DNA of 64,000 nucleotides from an uncultured Clostridia bacterium (lineage in GTDB: Bacteria; Bacillota; Clostridia; Oscillospirales; Acutalibacteraceae): assembly GCA_947364045.1 (NCBI GenBank), contig CANARN010000003.1, positions 2,883 to 66,882 on the forward strand, written 5' to 3'. The notes under the pieces were generated by a model. It was given only the letters and a program-made list of their open reading frames with translations. It was not told where the DNA came from and ran no database searches. Both the position numbers and the translations under genes were made by a program. The stretch's first letter is position 1. Every line of letters begins with the position of its first letter. This document shows positions 51,447-60,758 of this stretch, piece after piece.

Positions 51447-51866
51447 ATGACTACTGACGAGCTTATGAACACTTTATCAGAGGAAAACTGTTCTTTGGAC
51501 AACTTTTTATCCGATAATGACGATTCTTTCGTAAATGAAGATATTAAAGAATTCTGGGACGGTATTATCAATTCAAAAGGCTACTCAAAATCAAATATAA
51601 TTAACAAATCGGATTTCAGCTACTGCTATTTTTACGATATTATTAACGGGCGTAAAATGCCTACGAAAGATAAGGTAGTAAGACTGTCGCTCGCTATGAG
51701 AATGAGCCTTGAGGAATGTCAGAAAGCCCTAAAAATTTCAGGAAGATGTGCTTTGTACCCAAGAATTCGCAGAGACAGCATTTTAATTTACGCTCTTGAA
51801 AATCAGCTGACAATTTTCAAGACTGACGAGCTTTTAAAAAAATACGGAGAGGAATGTTTGAAATAG
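51447..51866 (+). CDS. XRE-like HTH protein paired with the kinase
   Basis: 139 aa from ATG 51447 (AGGTG 7 nt upstream). HTH segment SKSNIINKSDFSYCYFYDIINGRKMPTKDKVVRLSLAMRMSLEECQKAL. The 3' end overlaps the kinase start by 13 nt. Confidence 0.65.
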   Translation: MTTDELMNTLSEENCSLDNFLSDNDDSFVNEDIKEFWDGIINSKGYSKSNIINKSDFSYCYFYDIINGRKMPTKDKVVRLSLAMRMSLEECQKALKISGRCALYPRIRRDSILIYALENQLTIFKTDELLKKYGEECLK

Positions 51867-52612
51867 ACGGGAGCTGTAACGAGTTATTAAACTACATTGA
51901 AAATTCACTTGAAAAAAACTATGTAAAAAAATCCACATATAAAAACAATTTAAACTCTAAGGTTATTCTCTATCAAAACAAAGATAACGGTAAATATATT
52001 ATTAAAAGATTTACAAAAAATCTTAACGATGACGTTTTCAGGCTGTTAAAAAATAATACTCATACAAACATAGTTCAGATTTATGAGGTTTGCGCCGATG
52101 ACGGAGATGCAATCATTGTTTTGGAAGAATATGTTGAGGGAAAAACCTTGTCAGAAATTCTTTCGGAAGGAAAATTCGACAAAAAAACAGCCTGCCGCAT
52201 TGCCGTACAAATTTGCGACGCTCTGATTTGCCTTCATTCAATAGGCATTATTCACCGTGATATTAAACCTGAAAACATAATTATTAAAGATGACGGCACA
52301 GCTGTTCTTATTGACTTTTCAATTGCGCGGCTTATGAACAATCACGATAAAGACACGCAGGCACTGGGAACACCCGGATATGCCGCACCCGAACAATTTG
52401 GTATTTCTCAGTCGGGCAGTACAACTGACATTTACAGCTTGGGAATTCTTATGAATATTATGCTGACAGGCGTTCACCCGTCTGTTGATTTGCCGAAAGG
52501 ACTGTTACGGCATATTATAAAAAAATGCACCAATGTCCAGATTTCAAAACGGTATTCAAATGCAAGGAAGCTTAAAAGAGCAATCAAATTAACATTTAAT
52601 TTTTTAAAATAA
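51854..52612 (+). CDS. Minimal Hanks-type Ser/Thr protein kinase (catalytic domain only)
   Basis: 252 aa. YIIKRF (VAIK-like Lys), HRDIKPENIII, DFSIAR, GTPGYAAPE. No TM, PASTA or other sensor domain. Confidence 0.85.
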   Translation: MFEIDGSCNELLNYIENSLEKNYVKKSTYKNNLNSKVILYQNKDNGKYIIKRFTKNLNDDVFRLLKNNTHTNIVQIYEVCADDGDAIIVLEEYVEGKTLSEILSEGKFDKKTACRIAVQICDALICLHSIGIIHRDIKPENIIIKDDGTAVLIDFSIARLMNNHDKDTQALGTPGYAAPEQFGISQSGSTTDIYSLGILMNIMLTGVHPSVDLPKGLLRHIIKKCTNVQISKRYSNARKLKRAIKLTFNFLK

Positions 52613-52985
52613 AAAATCTTTCTGCTCTTGGATTTTTGCACAAAAAATGCAGTTAAGATAACAATGATTACATTGTTGTTTCACTGCAAATTGATAAAAA
52701 AGCATCACTTATGAAAGCGATTTATTCTTATTTAACCTTTTAGGCGAATACAAATTAATAAAATCAAAGCATTAGAGTAAATTTCCGATTAAAAAAATAT
52801 CAAGACGTTGAGATATATTATAAATTAATGTAATAATCTTCAAAAACAGCTAACAATACCTTCTGATTTGATAAAAGTCTGTTCATAGCAGGCGGTTCGA
52901 TAAAATAGCAGTGAAAATCGACTGTATTTTAAAATTAAATGAATAAAGCCTTATTTTCCGCTGAAAATATTACGGGTGATTAAAA

Positions 52986-53291
52986 ATGGAAAACAAAAAA
53001 ATCTCAGACAAAAATCAATCAGACAAAAATCAAAAGGATAAAAAGAAAGTTTCTGCCGGTAAAAATGAAAATGTAAACATCAACAGCAATAATCGAAACG
53101 GCATAAAAATCGATATATCTGCCGACCCGGTTTACGGCGAACCGTTTGACTCCTTTGATATGGTCAACAAATACGGCACATACAACATTCAGCCTACGGC
53201 AGACACACATCACGATTACCCGAAAATTGCGCAGGGGCTTTCTAAAGCAGCAAACGAAGAGAGCAAAAGGAAAAATTTCGGACAAAAGTAA
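52986..53291 (+). CDS. Hypothetical Lys/Asn-rich small protein
   Basis: 101 aa. Low-complexity N-terminus, then DPVYGEPFDSFDMVNKYGTYNIQPTADTHHDYPKIAQG. No family recognised. Confidence 0.5.
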   Translation: MENKKISDKNQSDKNQKDKKKVSAGKNENVNINSNNRNGIKIDISADPVYGEPFDSFDMVNKYGTYNIQPTADTHHDYPKIAQGLSKAANEESKRKNFGQK

Positions 53292-53306
53292 ATAGAATTT
53301 GTAAAA

Positions 53307-53343
53307 ACGGTAAAAGCTTCGGCTTTTGCCGTCTTTATTTTTT
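53307..53343 (+). terminator. Rho-independent terminator
   Basis: ACGGTAAAAGC-TTCG-GCTTTTGCCGT followed by CTTTATTTTTT. Confidence 0.75.
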
Positions 53344-53442
53344 GAGGAAACCGATAAAGCACTTGAAATAGCTGTAAAAATTTATTAAAATAGGATTATC
53401 TTATTAAAAAGACGTTGGGCGTCACCGGAAAAGGGTGGTTTT

Positions 53443-55458
53443 ATGGGAAATGAATTAAAATTTGACAAAAGGAAAAAGGCACTGCCGATAGCATTTGCGG
53501 TTTTGGGCGTGATTTTGTTTGCGGTACAGCTGGTAACAAGGCAAAATCTTGTTGCGGTTGTCAATCTTGTTTATATGATAATAACCTCAGTGCTCATATT
53601 CCTCGGCATTCTGATTATGAAAAAGGTATACGCATTTATGCTGGCGGGCTACGGCTCGTCTCTTGCCGGGCTTATACTTTTTCACATTATTTTCGGCGCA
53701 GACGCAGGCTTCGGCGCATTTACAACGGGTAAGGCGGGCTGGTCCTCGGCTGAGCATTCGCTCTGGGCGGGGGAAGGCTCATTTTTAACAAGGCTTGCGG
53801 GCAACATTCTTTTGTCTTTGCCCTTAATTTTGCCCCTTGCGCTCCTTTATTTTTCGGGTAAGCGCAATTTTAAGTCGGGCTTTACCAAAAAGCTTATATG
53901 CTCATTTTTAAGCTTTGCCTTAATCGGCTCTACCGTTTATTACGTTCTTTTTATGAATATGCGCACAAAGCCCGTTACCCAAAGATTGTGGGACGGGCAT
54001 GACAATTATCTCAATTCTGTTGAAAAGAACGCTAAGGGCAAGCCCAATGTACTGGTTATTCTTATGGACGATTTGGGATACGGCGACGTGGGTCTTAACG
54101 GTGCAATTTACGACACGCCCAACATTGACAGCATAGGCGAAAACGGTCTTAACTTTGAAAATTACTATTCAAGCTATTCGGTTTGCTCCCCTGCACGCTT
54201 TGCGGCACTGACAGGCAGATACCCCTACCGAGGCTATGCCGACAATGTAATTTACCCCACAGCAAACTGCACGACTCCCTTTGCGCAGACAAGAATATTC
54301 AACAGCATTGAAATGCTCAACAATACCGACGGTATGCTGGGCGATGAAATCACAATTGCGGAAACCCTTAAGGCGGCAGGCTACAATACGGGACTTTTCG
54401 GCAAATGGCATTTGGGCGATTACGGCGAATATCTGCCCACAAATCAGGGCTTTGATTATTTCTACGGAGGATACTCCGTAAACGATATGAAACCCTTCTA
54501 CCATGTCCGTGAAGAGAACGGCGAGTACACCATTGCCCGCGGTACGGACGAATTGAAGGACCAGTCCAATGCAACAAGGTGGATTCACGACGAAATATCA
54601 TCTTGGATAACCGATAAGGTAACAAATTCAGACCAGCCGTTTTTTGCATATTACACTACTCCGTGGCCGCACGCTCCGATTTTTGCAGGCGACGATTTTG
54701 ACGGAATAAGCGGAATGGGCACATATGTTGACTGTGTAACCGAATTTGATACATATCTCGGAAAGCTGTTTGCAACTCTTGAGGAGCTGGGCGTACTTGA
54801 AGACACAATTATTGTATTTACCAGCGACAACGGCCCTGCTCTTGAAGGCTCCACGGGCGAGCTCAGAGGAGGTAAATACCTTGCTTATGACGGCGGGCAA
54901 AAGGTGCCCTTTATGATCAGGTGGGACAATAACGGCGGAATTTTTGAGGCGGGCGAAACACGTGAGCAGACCTCAACTCTTGTTGACCTGTACCCCACGC
55001 TTATTGAGCTTTGCGGAATTATCTGCAAGGATAATCCCACAGCATTGCCCAAGGACAGAGTAATAGACGGTGTTTCAATGGTTCCGCTTTTAAAGAATGA
55101 CGCTGTAATCCACACTCCCGAGCATCCCATTCTTCATATGAAGCGCCGTAAGGTTAAAGCAATTTCCTATACCGTGCCTACAAGCAGTATAAAATCACGG
55201 GCGGAATACAGCTCATATAACTATGACGTTCTAAACGATAACGAGTACATAACCTTTAAATATTTTAAAAATATTCAGAATGACAACAGCGCATTCTTTG
55301 ACAAGTACAGAAAGAATTGGCTGCACATTTTAACCGATGATGCAGGCGAAAACTATAACAGAACGCCTGTTTACCCCACGGTTTCAGATGAAATGAGTAA
55401 ACAGCTTACCGAAATTCAAAAGGATTTTGAAAACAATCCAAGAGGAATGATTAAATAA
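53443..55458 (+). CDS. Membrane-anchored Cys-type (formylglycine) sulfatase
   Basis: 671 aa. Five N-terminal TM helices (~aa 10-175), then a sulfatase domain with MDDLGYGD and the CSPARFAALTGRYP FGly motif. Confidence 0.85.
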   Translation: MGNELKFDKRKKALPIAFAVLGVILFAVQLVTRQNLVAVVNLVYMIITSVLIFLGILIMKKVYAFMLAGYGSSLAGLILFHIIFGADAGFGAFTTGKAGWSSAEHSLWAGEGSFLTRLAGNILLSLPLILPLALLYFSGKRNFKSGFTKKLICSFLSFALIGSTVYYVLFMNMRTKPVTQRLWDGHDNYLNSVEKNAKGKPNVLVILMDDLGYGDVGLNGAIYDTPNIDSIGENGLNFENYYSSYSVCSPARFAALTGRYPYRGYADNVIYPTANCTTPFAQTRIFNSIEMLNNTDGMLGDEITIAETLKAAGYNTGLFGKWHLGDYGEYLPTNQGFDYFYGGYSVNDMKPFYHVREENGEYTIARGTDELKDQSNATRWIHDEISSWITDKVTNSDQPFFAYYTTPWPHAPIFAGDDFDGISGMGTYVDCVTEFDTYLGKLFATLEELGVLEDTIIVFTSDNGPALEGSTGELRGGKYLAYDGGQKVPFMIRWDNNGGIFEAGETREQTSTLVDLYPTLIELCGIICKDNPTALPKDRVIDGVSMVPLLKNDAVIHTPEHPILHMKRRKVKAISYTVPTSSIKSRAEYSSYNYDVLNDNEYITFKYFKNIQNDNSAFFDKYRKNWLHILTDDAGENYNRTPVYPTVSDEMSKQLTEIQKDFENNPRGMIK

Positions 55459-56540
55459 TGCCGCCACTTTCAATAATGGTAAAGCCTGCATCCTGCGCCT
55501 GTAACTTAAAATGTGAATACTGCTTTTACAGCGATGTTACCTCGAAAAGAGAATTTTCGAATTTAGGCATTATGAGCTTAGATACCGCTCAAAAGCTTAT
55601 TACCTCGGCTCTTGAATTTGCAGACGGCGAGAGTATTTCCTTTGCTTTTCAGGGCGGCGAGCCGCTTATTGCGGGGCTTGACTATTTTAAAAATTTTACA
55701 GATACCGTTAAAAGAATCAACAGGAAAAATTCAAAAATTTTTTATTCTCTTCAGACAAACGGTACTTTAATTGACTGCGAAATTGCTGAATTTTTCAAAA
55801 AAAACGAGTTTTTAATAGGCTTGAGTCTTGACGGCGATTTTGAAAACAATTCTTTCAGAAAAGATGCAAACGGGCAAAATTCCTATTACAAAATAATCAG
55901 AGCGGCAGACATTCTCAAAAGCTGCGGCGTTGAATTCAACATTTTGACTGTACTTACGGGCAGAGCGGCTGACAACTGCGAGAAAATATATAAGCATTTC
56001 AGGGATAAGGGCTATAAATATCTGCAGTTTATCCCGTGCCTTCGCCCCTTTGAAAGCGATGAGGAGAGCGAGCTTTATATGACGGCGGAGCAGTATGCAA
56101 ATTTCCTGATTAGAACCTTTAATTTGTATGTTAAGGATTTTGTGCGGGGTAATTATGTAAGCATACGCCAATTTGACAATCTTGTGCGGATGTACTTGGG
56201 TGAAAATCCCGAGCAGTGCGGAATGTGCGGTCATTGCACGCATCAGTTTGTGGCAGAGGGCAACGGGAATATATACCCCTGTGATTTTTACTGCACGGAT
56301 AAATATTTGCTCGGAAATATCTGCGATACATCTTTAGAAAAAATGGCCAACAGCGAAAAGGCTAAGAGTTTTATCAGGGAAAGTCTGAAAATTCCAGACA
56401 AATGCAGACACTGCCGCTTCTTTGCGCTGTGCCGAGCGGGCGGTTGCAAGCGGCAAAGGGCAGACAAAGATTACTGCGAAAGCTATCAAAAATTCTTCTC
56501 CTCCTGTCTGCCGCTGTTCAGAGTATTTCACAAGATATGA
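55458..56540 (+). CDS. Anaerobic sulfatase-maturating enzyme (radical SAM/SPASM)
   Basis: 360 aa. CNLKCEYCFY radical-SAM cluster and C-terminal Cys-rich SPASM region. The start overlaps the sulfatase stop. Confidence 0.9.
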   Translation: MPPLSIMVKPASCACNLKCEYCFYSDVTSKREFSNLGIMSLDTAQKLITSALEFADGESISFAFQGGEPLIAGLDYFKNFTDTVKRINRKNSKIFYSLQTNGTLIDCEIAEFFKKNEFLIGLSLDGDFENNSFRKDANGQNSYYKIIRAADILKSCGVEFNILTVLTGRAADNCEKIYKHFRDKGYKYLQFIPCLRPFESDEESELYMTAEQYANFLIRTFNLYVKDFVRGNYVSIRQFDNLVRMYLGENPEQCGMCGHCTHQFVAEGNGNIYPCDFYCTDKYLLGNICDTSLEKMANSEKAKSFIRESLKIPDKCRHCRFFALCRAGGCKRQRADKDYCESYQKFFSSCLPLFRVFHKI

Positions 56541-56561
56541 AAAAAGATATCCGTATAAAAT

Positions 56562-56583
56562 GGGACGATGCCTACATCGTCCC
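56562..56583 (+). repeat. Hairpin repeat copy (GGGACGATG type)
   Basis: GGGACGATG-CCTA-CATCGTCCC, near-identical to the stem at 17874-17895. Confidence 0.55.
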
Positions 56584-56601
56584 ATACTGTTTTATGCTAA
56601 A

Positions 56602-56633
56602 AAACAAGGGGCTGTGAAAACAGTCCCTTGTTT
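56602..56633. terminator. Bidirectional terminator between convergent operons
   Basis: AAACAAGGGGCTG-TGAAAA-CAGTCCCTTGTTT. Confidence 0.7.
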
Positions 56634-56661
56634 GTGATATTAAATATTTTATTTGCCTTTC

Positions 56662-57471
56662 TTATTTCGCCAGCGCGCCGATTTCAAGCATAAAGCCGCC
56701 GAACTGACCGCCGAATTCGGGAGCGCCGTCCATAATGATATGTCCCTGCTTCACGGCAGTTAACATATCGTCCTTGCCGAGAAGTGTTCCGAGCGCTGAG
56801 TCAAACGAGTCAAAACGAAGGGTGAAGAACGGCATTGCACGCTTGTATTCGCCCCTGCCTGCCCTTGATTTTCCGGCTTTTATGCGGATAAACGCCGAAA
56901 CCTCGGGGTGGTCGTTTACTGCAAGCGCATAAACACGGTCGGGGGACTTTGCCGCCCAATCGTGAATTTCCGGGTGACCCATTTTGTTAAGCTGGCTTAT
57001 GCCGCTTGTAAGAAGATAGAACATACACTTAACCATAAGCGTTTTGTCCTCTTCATTTTCGGGAATTTCAGTCGCCGAAAGCACGCTTGACATTTTTAAA
57101 AGTGACATAAGAAATGCCTTAAATGCGCCGAAATGCTTAATAACGCCCTTCATTTTCGGGAGCGTTGCAGGTGACATTTTGCCCTTAAAGAATGCATTCA
57201 TTGCCTCAACCGATTTAAATTCAAGCTCAACGTGAGGGTTCGGGTCAACAGCGTTTAAATGAACAAGCCAATCCTGCGAACCGTTGACAACGTAGTGCAT
57301 TCCGATTTTTCCGCCCTCGGCGTCGGGGTCAAGAGCGCTTACCTGAATTACGGCGTGCACCTTTTCATACTGTTTTTTAAGGGACGGAACGTCCTGCGCC
57401 AACACCTTAATTAAAGGCAGTGCCGCATTAAAAAATATTTTATTTGAATAAAGCTCTTCCTGTGTGTGCAT
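56662..57471 (-). CDS. Uncharacterised protein with a C-terminal SCP2-like segment, paralogue A
   Basis: 269 aa. C-terminus FDSFDSALGTLLGKDDMLTAVKQGHIIMDGAPEF resembles the SCP2 sterol-carrier fold signature. Collinear motif similarity to the 60759-61520 product. Confidence 0.55.
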   Translation of the reverse strand: MHTQEELYSNKIFFNAALPLIKVLAQDVPSLKKQYEKVHAVIQVSALDPDAEGGKIGMHYVVNGSQDWLVHLNAVDPNPHVELEFKSVEAMNAFFKGKMSPATLPKMKGVIKHFGAFKAFLMSLLKMSSVLSATEIPENEEDKTLMVKCMFYLLTSGISQLNKMGHPEIHDWAAKSPDRVYALAVNDHPEVSAFIRIKAGKSRAGRGEYKRAMPFFTLRFDSFDSALGTLLGKDDMLTAVKQGHIIMDGAPEFGGQFGGFMLEIGALAK

Positions 57472-57514
57472 TTAATCAGACTCCTTTCCGATTTATAAAC
57501 TGTTAAGTACGATA

Positions 57515-58522
57515 TTAAACATCGTCGTCCCAGTTGTCGTCTTCCTCAAAGTCAGCCTTCATAACCTCACGCACAGCGGAGATAATTCCGTTTGCGTCAA
57601 TGCCCACTGCGGACATAATATCCTCGTGAAGTCCTATGGGAGCGAAGCCTTGGTGACCGAGCATCTTAAACGCACAGCCCTTGCCGGACTTCGCCATAAC
57701 CTCTGAGACGGCAGAGCCGAGTCCGCCTATTACAGAATGGTCTTCAACGGTTATAATTCTTCTTGTGTCCATAACGGCTTTCAGAATAGCTTCTTCGTCA
57801 ATGGGTTTAATTGTGTGCATATTAAGAACTCTAACTTTGAGTCCGTCAGCATTTTCAAGAAATTCAGCCGCCTGCTTTGCCTGGAACACACAAGAGCCGC
57901 AGGCAATAACGGTGATGTCGGTGCCGGGGTGAATTTCAACCGCCTTGCCGACCTCAAAGCCGTAATCCTGAGTGTCGTAAAGCACACGGTCAAATCCGCG
58001 GTTAATTCTTATATAGTAAGGGCCGTTGTTAGCGTATGCCGCATTAACTGCATTTGCAGTTTCAATTCCGTCAGCGGGAACAATAACGGTTAAATTCGGC
58101 ATTGCTCTTGTGATTGCAAGGTCAACTATGGCATGGTGTGTTGAGCCTGCCTGACCGAAGGATGTACCTGCGTGTGTAGCAATAATTTTTGCATTTACAT
58201 TCTGATAGCAAATATCAGTGTGAAGCTGGTCGCATGCGCGCATTGAAGTGAATGCGGAAAATCCCGAAATGAACGGAATCATACCTGCCCTTGCCATACC
58301 TGCGCCAACGCCGAACATATCCTGCTCGGCAATGCCGACATTTATAACTCTTTCGGGGCAAACCTTTAAAACGTCGCCGAGCTTTGTTGATTTTGCAAGG
58401 TCTGCCGTAATGGCAACAACCTTGGGGTCTTTTAACATTATATCGGTAATCGCTTTACCGTAAATTTCCGCAGTGGCAACCTCTGTCTGATCAATTGCGT
58501 TATAAACAAATCCGCCTGCCAT
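57515..58522 (-). CDS. Transketolase, C-terminal (Pyr + C-terminal domain) subunit
   Basis: 335 aa with typical split-transketolase subunit B motifs (NVGIAEQDMFGVGAGMA, GSTHH). Confidence 0.9.
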   Translation of the reverse strand: MAGGFVYNAIDQTEVATAEIYGKAITDIMLKDPKVVAITADLAKSTKLGDVLKVCPERVINVGIAEQDMFGVGAGMARAGMIPFISGFSAFTSMRACDQLHTDICYQNVNAKIIATHAGTSFGQAGSTHHAIVDLAITRAMPNLTVIVPADGIETANAVNAAYANNGPYYIRINRGFDRVLYDTQDYGFEVGKAVEIHPGTDITVIACGSCVFQAKQAAEFLENADGLKVRVLNMHTIKPIDEEAILKAVMDTRRIITVEDHSVIGGLGSAVSEVMAKSGKGCAFKMLGHQGFAPIGLHEDIMSAVGIDANGIISAVREVMKADFEEDDNWDDDV

Positions 58523-58524
58523 AA

Positions 58525-59406
58525 TTATTTGCCCTCCTTTTCTACTCTCGCAAGTCTGTTCCTGTAATCCTCTTCAAGCTCCTTGCTGTATTTTGTAAAT
58601 GTATCGTCGTCAAGCGCCATATAGTGACAATGGTAATCGCCTGCAACAGACTTAATACCTGCGCCTTTTAAGGTATCCATAAGAATACAGGTGGGAGCGC
58701 ATTTCTCTTTGCTTCTGGCAATTGCTACGTCAATAGCATCGCAAAGCTCGCCGATGTTGTTGCCGTCAACGCATATTGTGTTAAAGCCGAATGCGCGCAT
58801 TTTGTCAGCGACGGGTTCAAGTTTCATAACCTCTTCCGTAGGTCCGTCAATCATACAGTGGTTGCGGTCGATAAACACTATGCAGTTTGAAAGCTCATAA
58901 TGGTTAATCGTCATAAAGCCTTCCCAGTTTGAGCCTTCGCCAAGCTCACCGTCGCCTGTTACGACATAGGTTAAATAATCCTTATTCTGAAGTCTTGCCG
59001 CAAGAGCAGTACCCGCCGCAATAGAAACGCCGTGACCGAGCGAACCTGTTGAAGCGTCAACGCCGACTATTTTGTTTGAGTCAAGGTGCATACCCATTTT
59101 TGAACCTGAAAGATTAAAGGTTTTAAGCATTTCGGGGTCATTAAAGCCTTTGTCGCAAAGAACGGGCGCATAAGCAATTGCCGCATGACCCTTGCTTAAA
59201 ATAAACCTGTCCCTGTCCTCCCACTGCGGCTCGTCAACCTTAATGTTGAGATACTTGTAGTAGAGAACCGTCAGAAGATCCATAACGCTCAGGCCCCCGC
59301 CAATGTGTCCGCTTCCTGCCCACATTGTTGTCTGCATACACATTTTTCTAAGCTCATAAGCCTTATTCTCAAGCGCGGTCCATTCCTGCTTTGATAAATT
59401 AGCCAT
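58525..59406 (-). CDS. Transketolase, N-terminal (ThDP-binding) subunit
   Basis: 293 aa. SGHIGGGLS, SKGHA and the GDGELGEGSNWE ThDP motif. Confidence 0.9.
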   Translation of the reverse strand: MANLSKQEWTALENKAYELRKMCMQTTMWAGSGHIGGGLSVMDLLTVLYYKYLNIKVDEPQWEDRDRFILSKGHAAIAYAPVLCDKGFNDPEMLKTFNLSGSKMGMHLDSNKIVGVDASTGSLGHGVSIAAGTALAARLQNKDYLTYVVTGDGELGEGSNWEGFMTINHYELSNCIVFIDRNHCMIDGPTEEVMKLEPVADKMRAFGFNTICVDGNNIGELCDAIDVAIARSKEKCAPTCILMDTLKGAGIKSVAGDYHCHYMALDDDTFTKYSKELEEDYRNRLARVEKEGK

Positions 59407-59461
59407 GAAAAATTCCTCCTTTTTTAATATAACACTTTATTTTATTATCGCTCAAAATAAA

Positions 59462-60727
59462 TTATCTCAGCTCCGGGTGATTTTTGCGCAATACGTTAAA
59501 CGCATCCTCCGCAATGTCAACCGAAAGCTTAATGTCATCCTCCGTGAGAGACGCATTGATGAAATGGTTGTGGTGTGAAGCTAAGAAAAGACCTCTCGAA
59601 ACACATTCCGCAATCCACTCCTGATGAAGCATAAGGCTGTCGTCGTCTGCAATTCTTAAATAGAAAAGCGCAGGCTCGCCTGATACAACAAGATTGAATC
59701 CGTTATTTGCCGCCGCTGCTTTAAAGCCCTCCGTAACCTGTGTGCCGAGCTTACGGAAAAGCGTTGGAGTGTCAAGAGCCTTCATTTTGTTTATGCACGC
59801 AATGCAAGCCGCAAAGGGTACGGCGCTCATCCAATAAGAGCCTGTGTAGGTCATACCGGAAACGGTAGCCTTCATATGCTCTCCGCCGCAAAGAGCTGAC
59901 ATATTATAGCCGTTTGCAAGCGCCTTGCAGAAGCAGATAAGGTCTGCCTTTATGCCGTAATAGTGGTCTGAGCCTGCGAGGTCAAGACGGAAGCCTGTGC
60001 GGACATCGTCAAAAATAAGCACAACGCCGTGGTCGTCGCACCATTTACGGACAGACTGCCAATATTCTCTTGAAGCAATTTCATTATCCTTGAAATTGCC
60101 GTGGTCATAGGGCTGAGCAATAAGACCTGCAATGTCGCCGTCATTTTCGTCGTAAAGCTTTTGTAAAGCGTCAATGTCAAACCACGGAGCTACAAGGTTA
60201 TGACAAACGTCTTCGGGTAAAATACCGGGATAATCCACCTTCTGCGCCCACTGAAAATCGCCGTGATAATAGCCTTTAAGGAAAATTATCTTTCTTTTAT
60301 GTGTATGCGCACGGGCGCTCATAACAGCAAGCGTAGTTGTGTCAGAGCCGTTCTTGCAGAAAAATGCCCAATCGGCAGAAGCTACCGTATTTACAAGATT
60401 TTCGGCACATTCAACCATTATTGTTGACGGCGCTGTTGTGCAGTTGCCTTTTTCAAGCTGGGCCTTTGCCGCAGCGTCAACATCAGGGTCATTGTAGCCG
60501 AGTACATTCGGGCCGTAAGCGCACATATAGTCAATATATTTGTTGCCGTCTGCATCCCAGAAATATGAACCCTGAGCCTTTACGGAATAATAAGGCCATT
60601 TCTGAATCGGAATCCAAAGACCCTCAGAGGGACCTAAATGCCCGTAAATACCTGCGGGAATTACCTTTAAAGCTCTGTCGAAAAACTCTCGGCCTTTATC
60701 GTGATTGTATTCGGGATATTTACTCAT
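59462..60727 (-). CDS. Class-III PLP aminotransferase (glutamate-1-semialdehyde aminomutase-like)
   Basis: 421 aa. GSYFWDADGNKYIDY, DDVRTGFR and the CFCKALANG PLP-lysine context. Confidence 0.85.
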   Translation of the reverse strand: MSKYPEYNHDKGREFFDRALKVIPAGIYGHLGPSEGLWIPIQKWPYYSVKAQGSYFWDADGNKYIDYMCAYGPNVLGYNDPDVDAAAKAQLEKGNCTTAPSTIMVECAENLVNTVASADWAFFCKNGSDTTTLAVMSARAHTHKRKIIFLKGYYHGDFQWAQKVDYPGILPEDVCHNLVAPWFDIDALQKLYDENDGDIAGLIAQPYDHGNFKDNEIASREYWQSVRKWCDDHGVVLIFDDVRTGFRLDLAGSDHYYGIKADLICFCKALANGYNMSALCGGEHMKATVSGMTYTGSYWMSAVPFAACIACINKMKALDTPTLFRKLGTQVTEGFKAAAANNGFNLVVSGEPALFYLRIADDDSLMLHQEWIAECVSRGLFLASHHNHFINASLTEDDIKLSVDIAEDAFNVLRKNHPELR

Positions 60728-60758
60728 TGTTCTTCCTCCTGCTTAGTTAAAACTTTTT

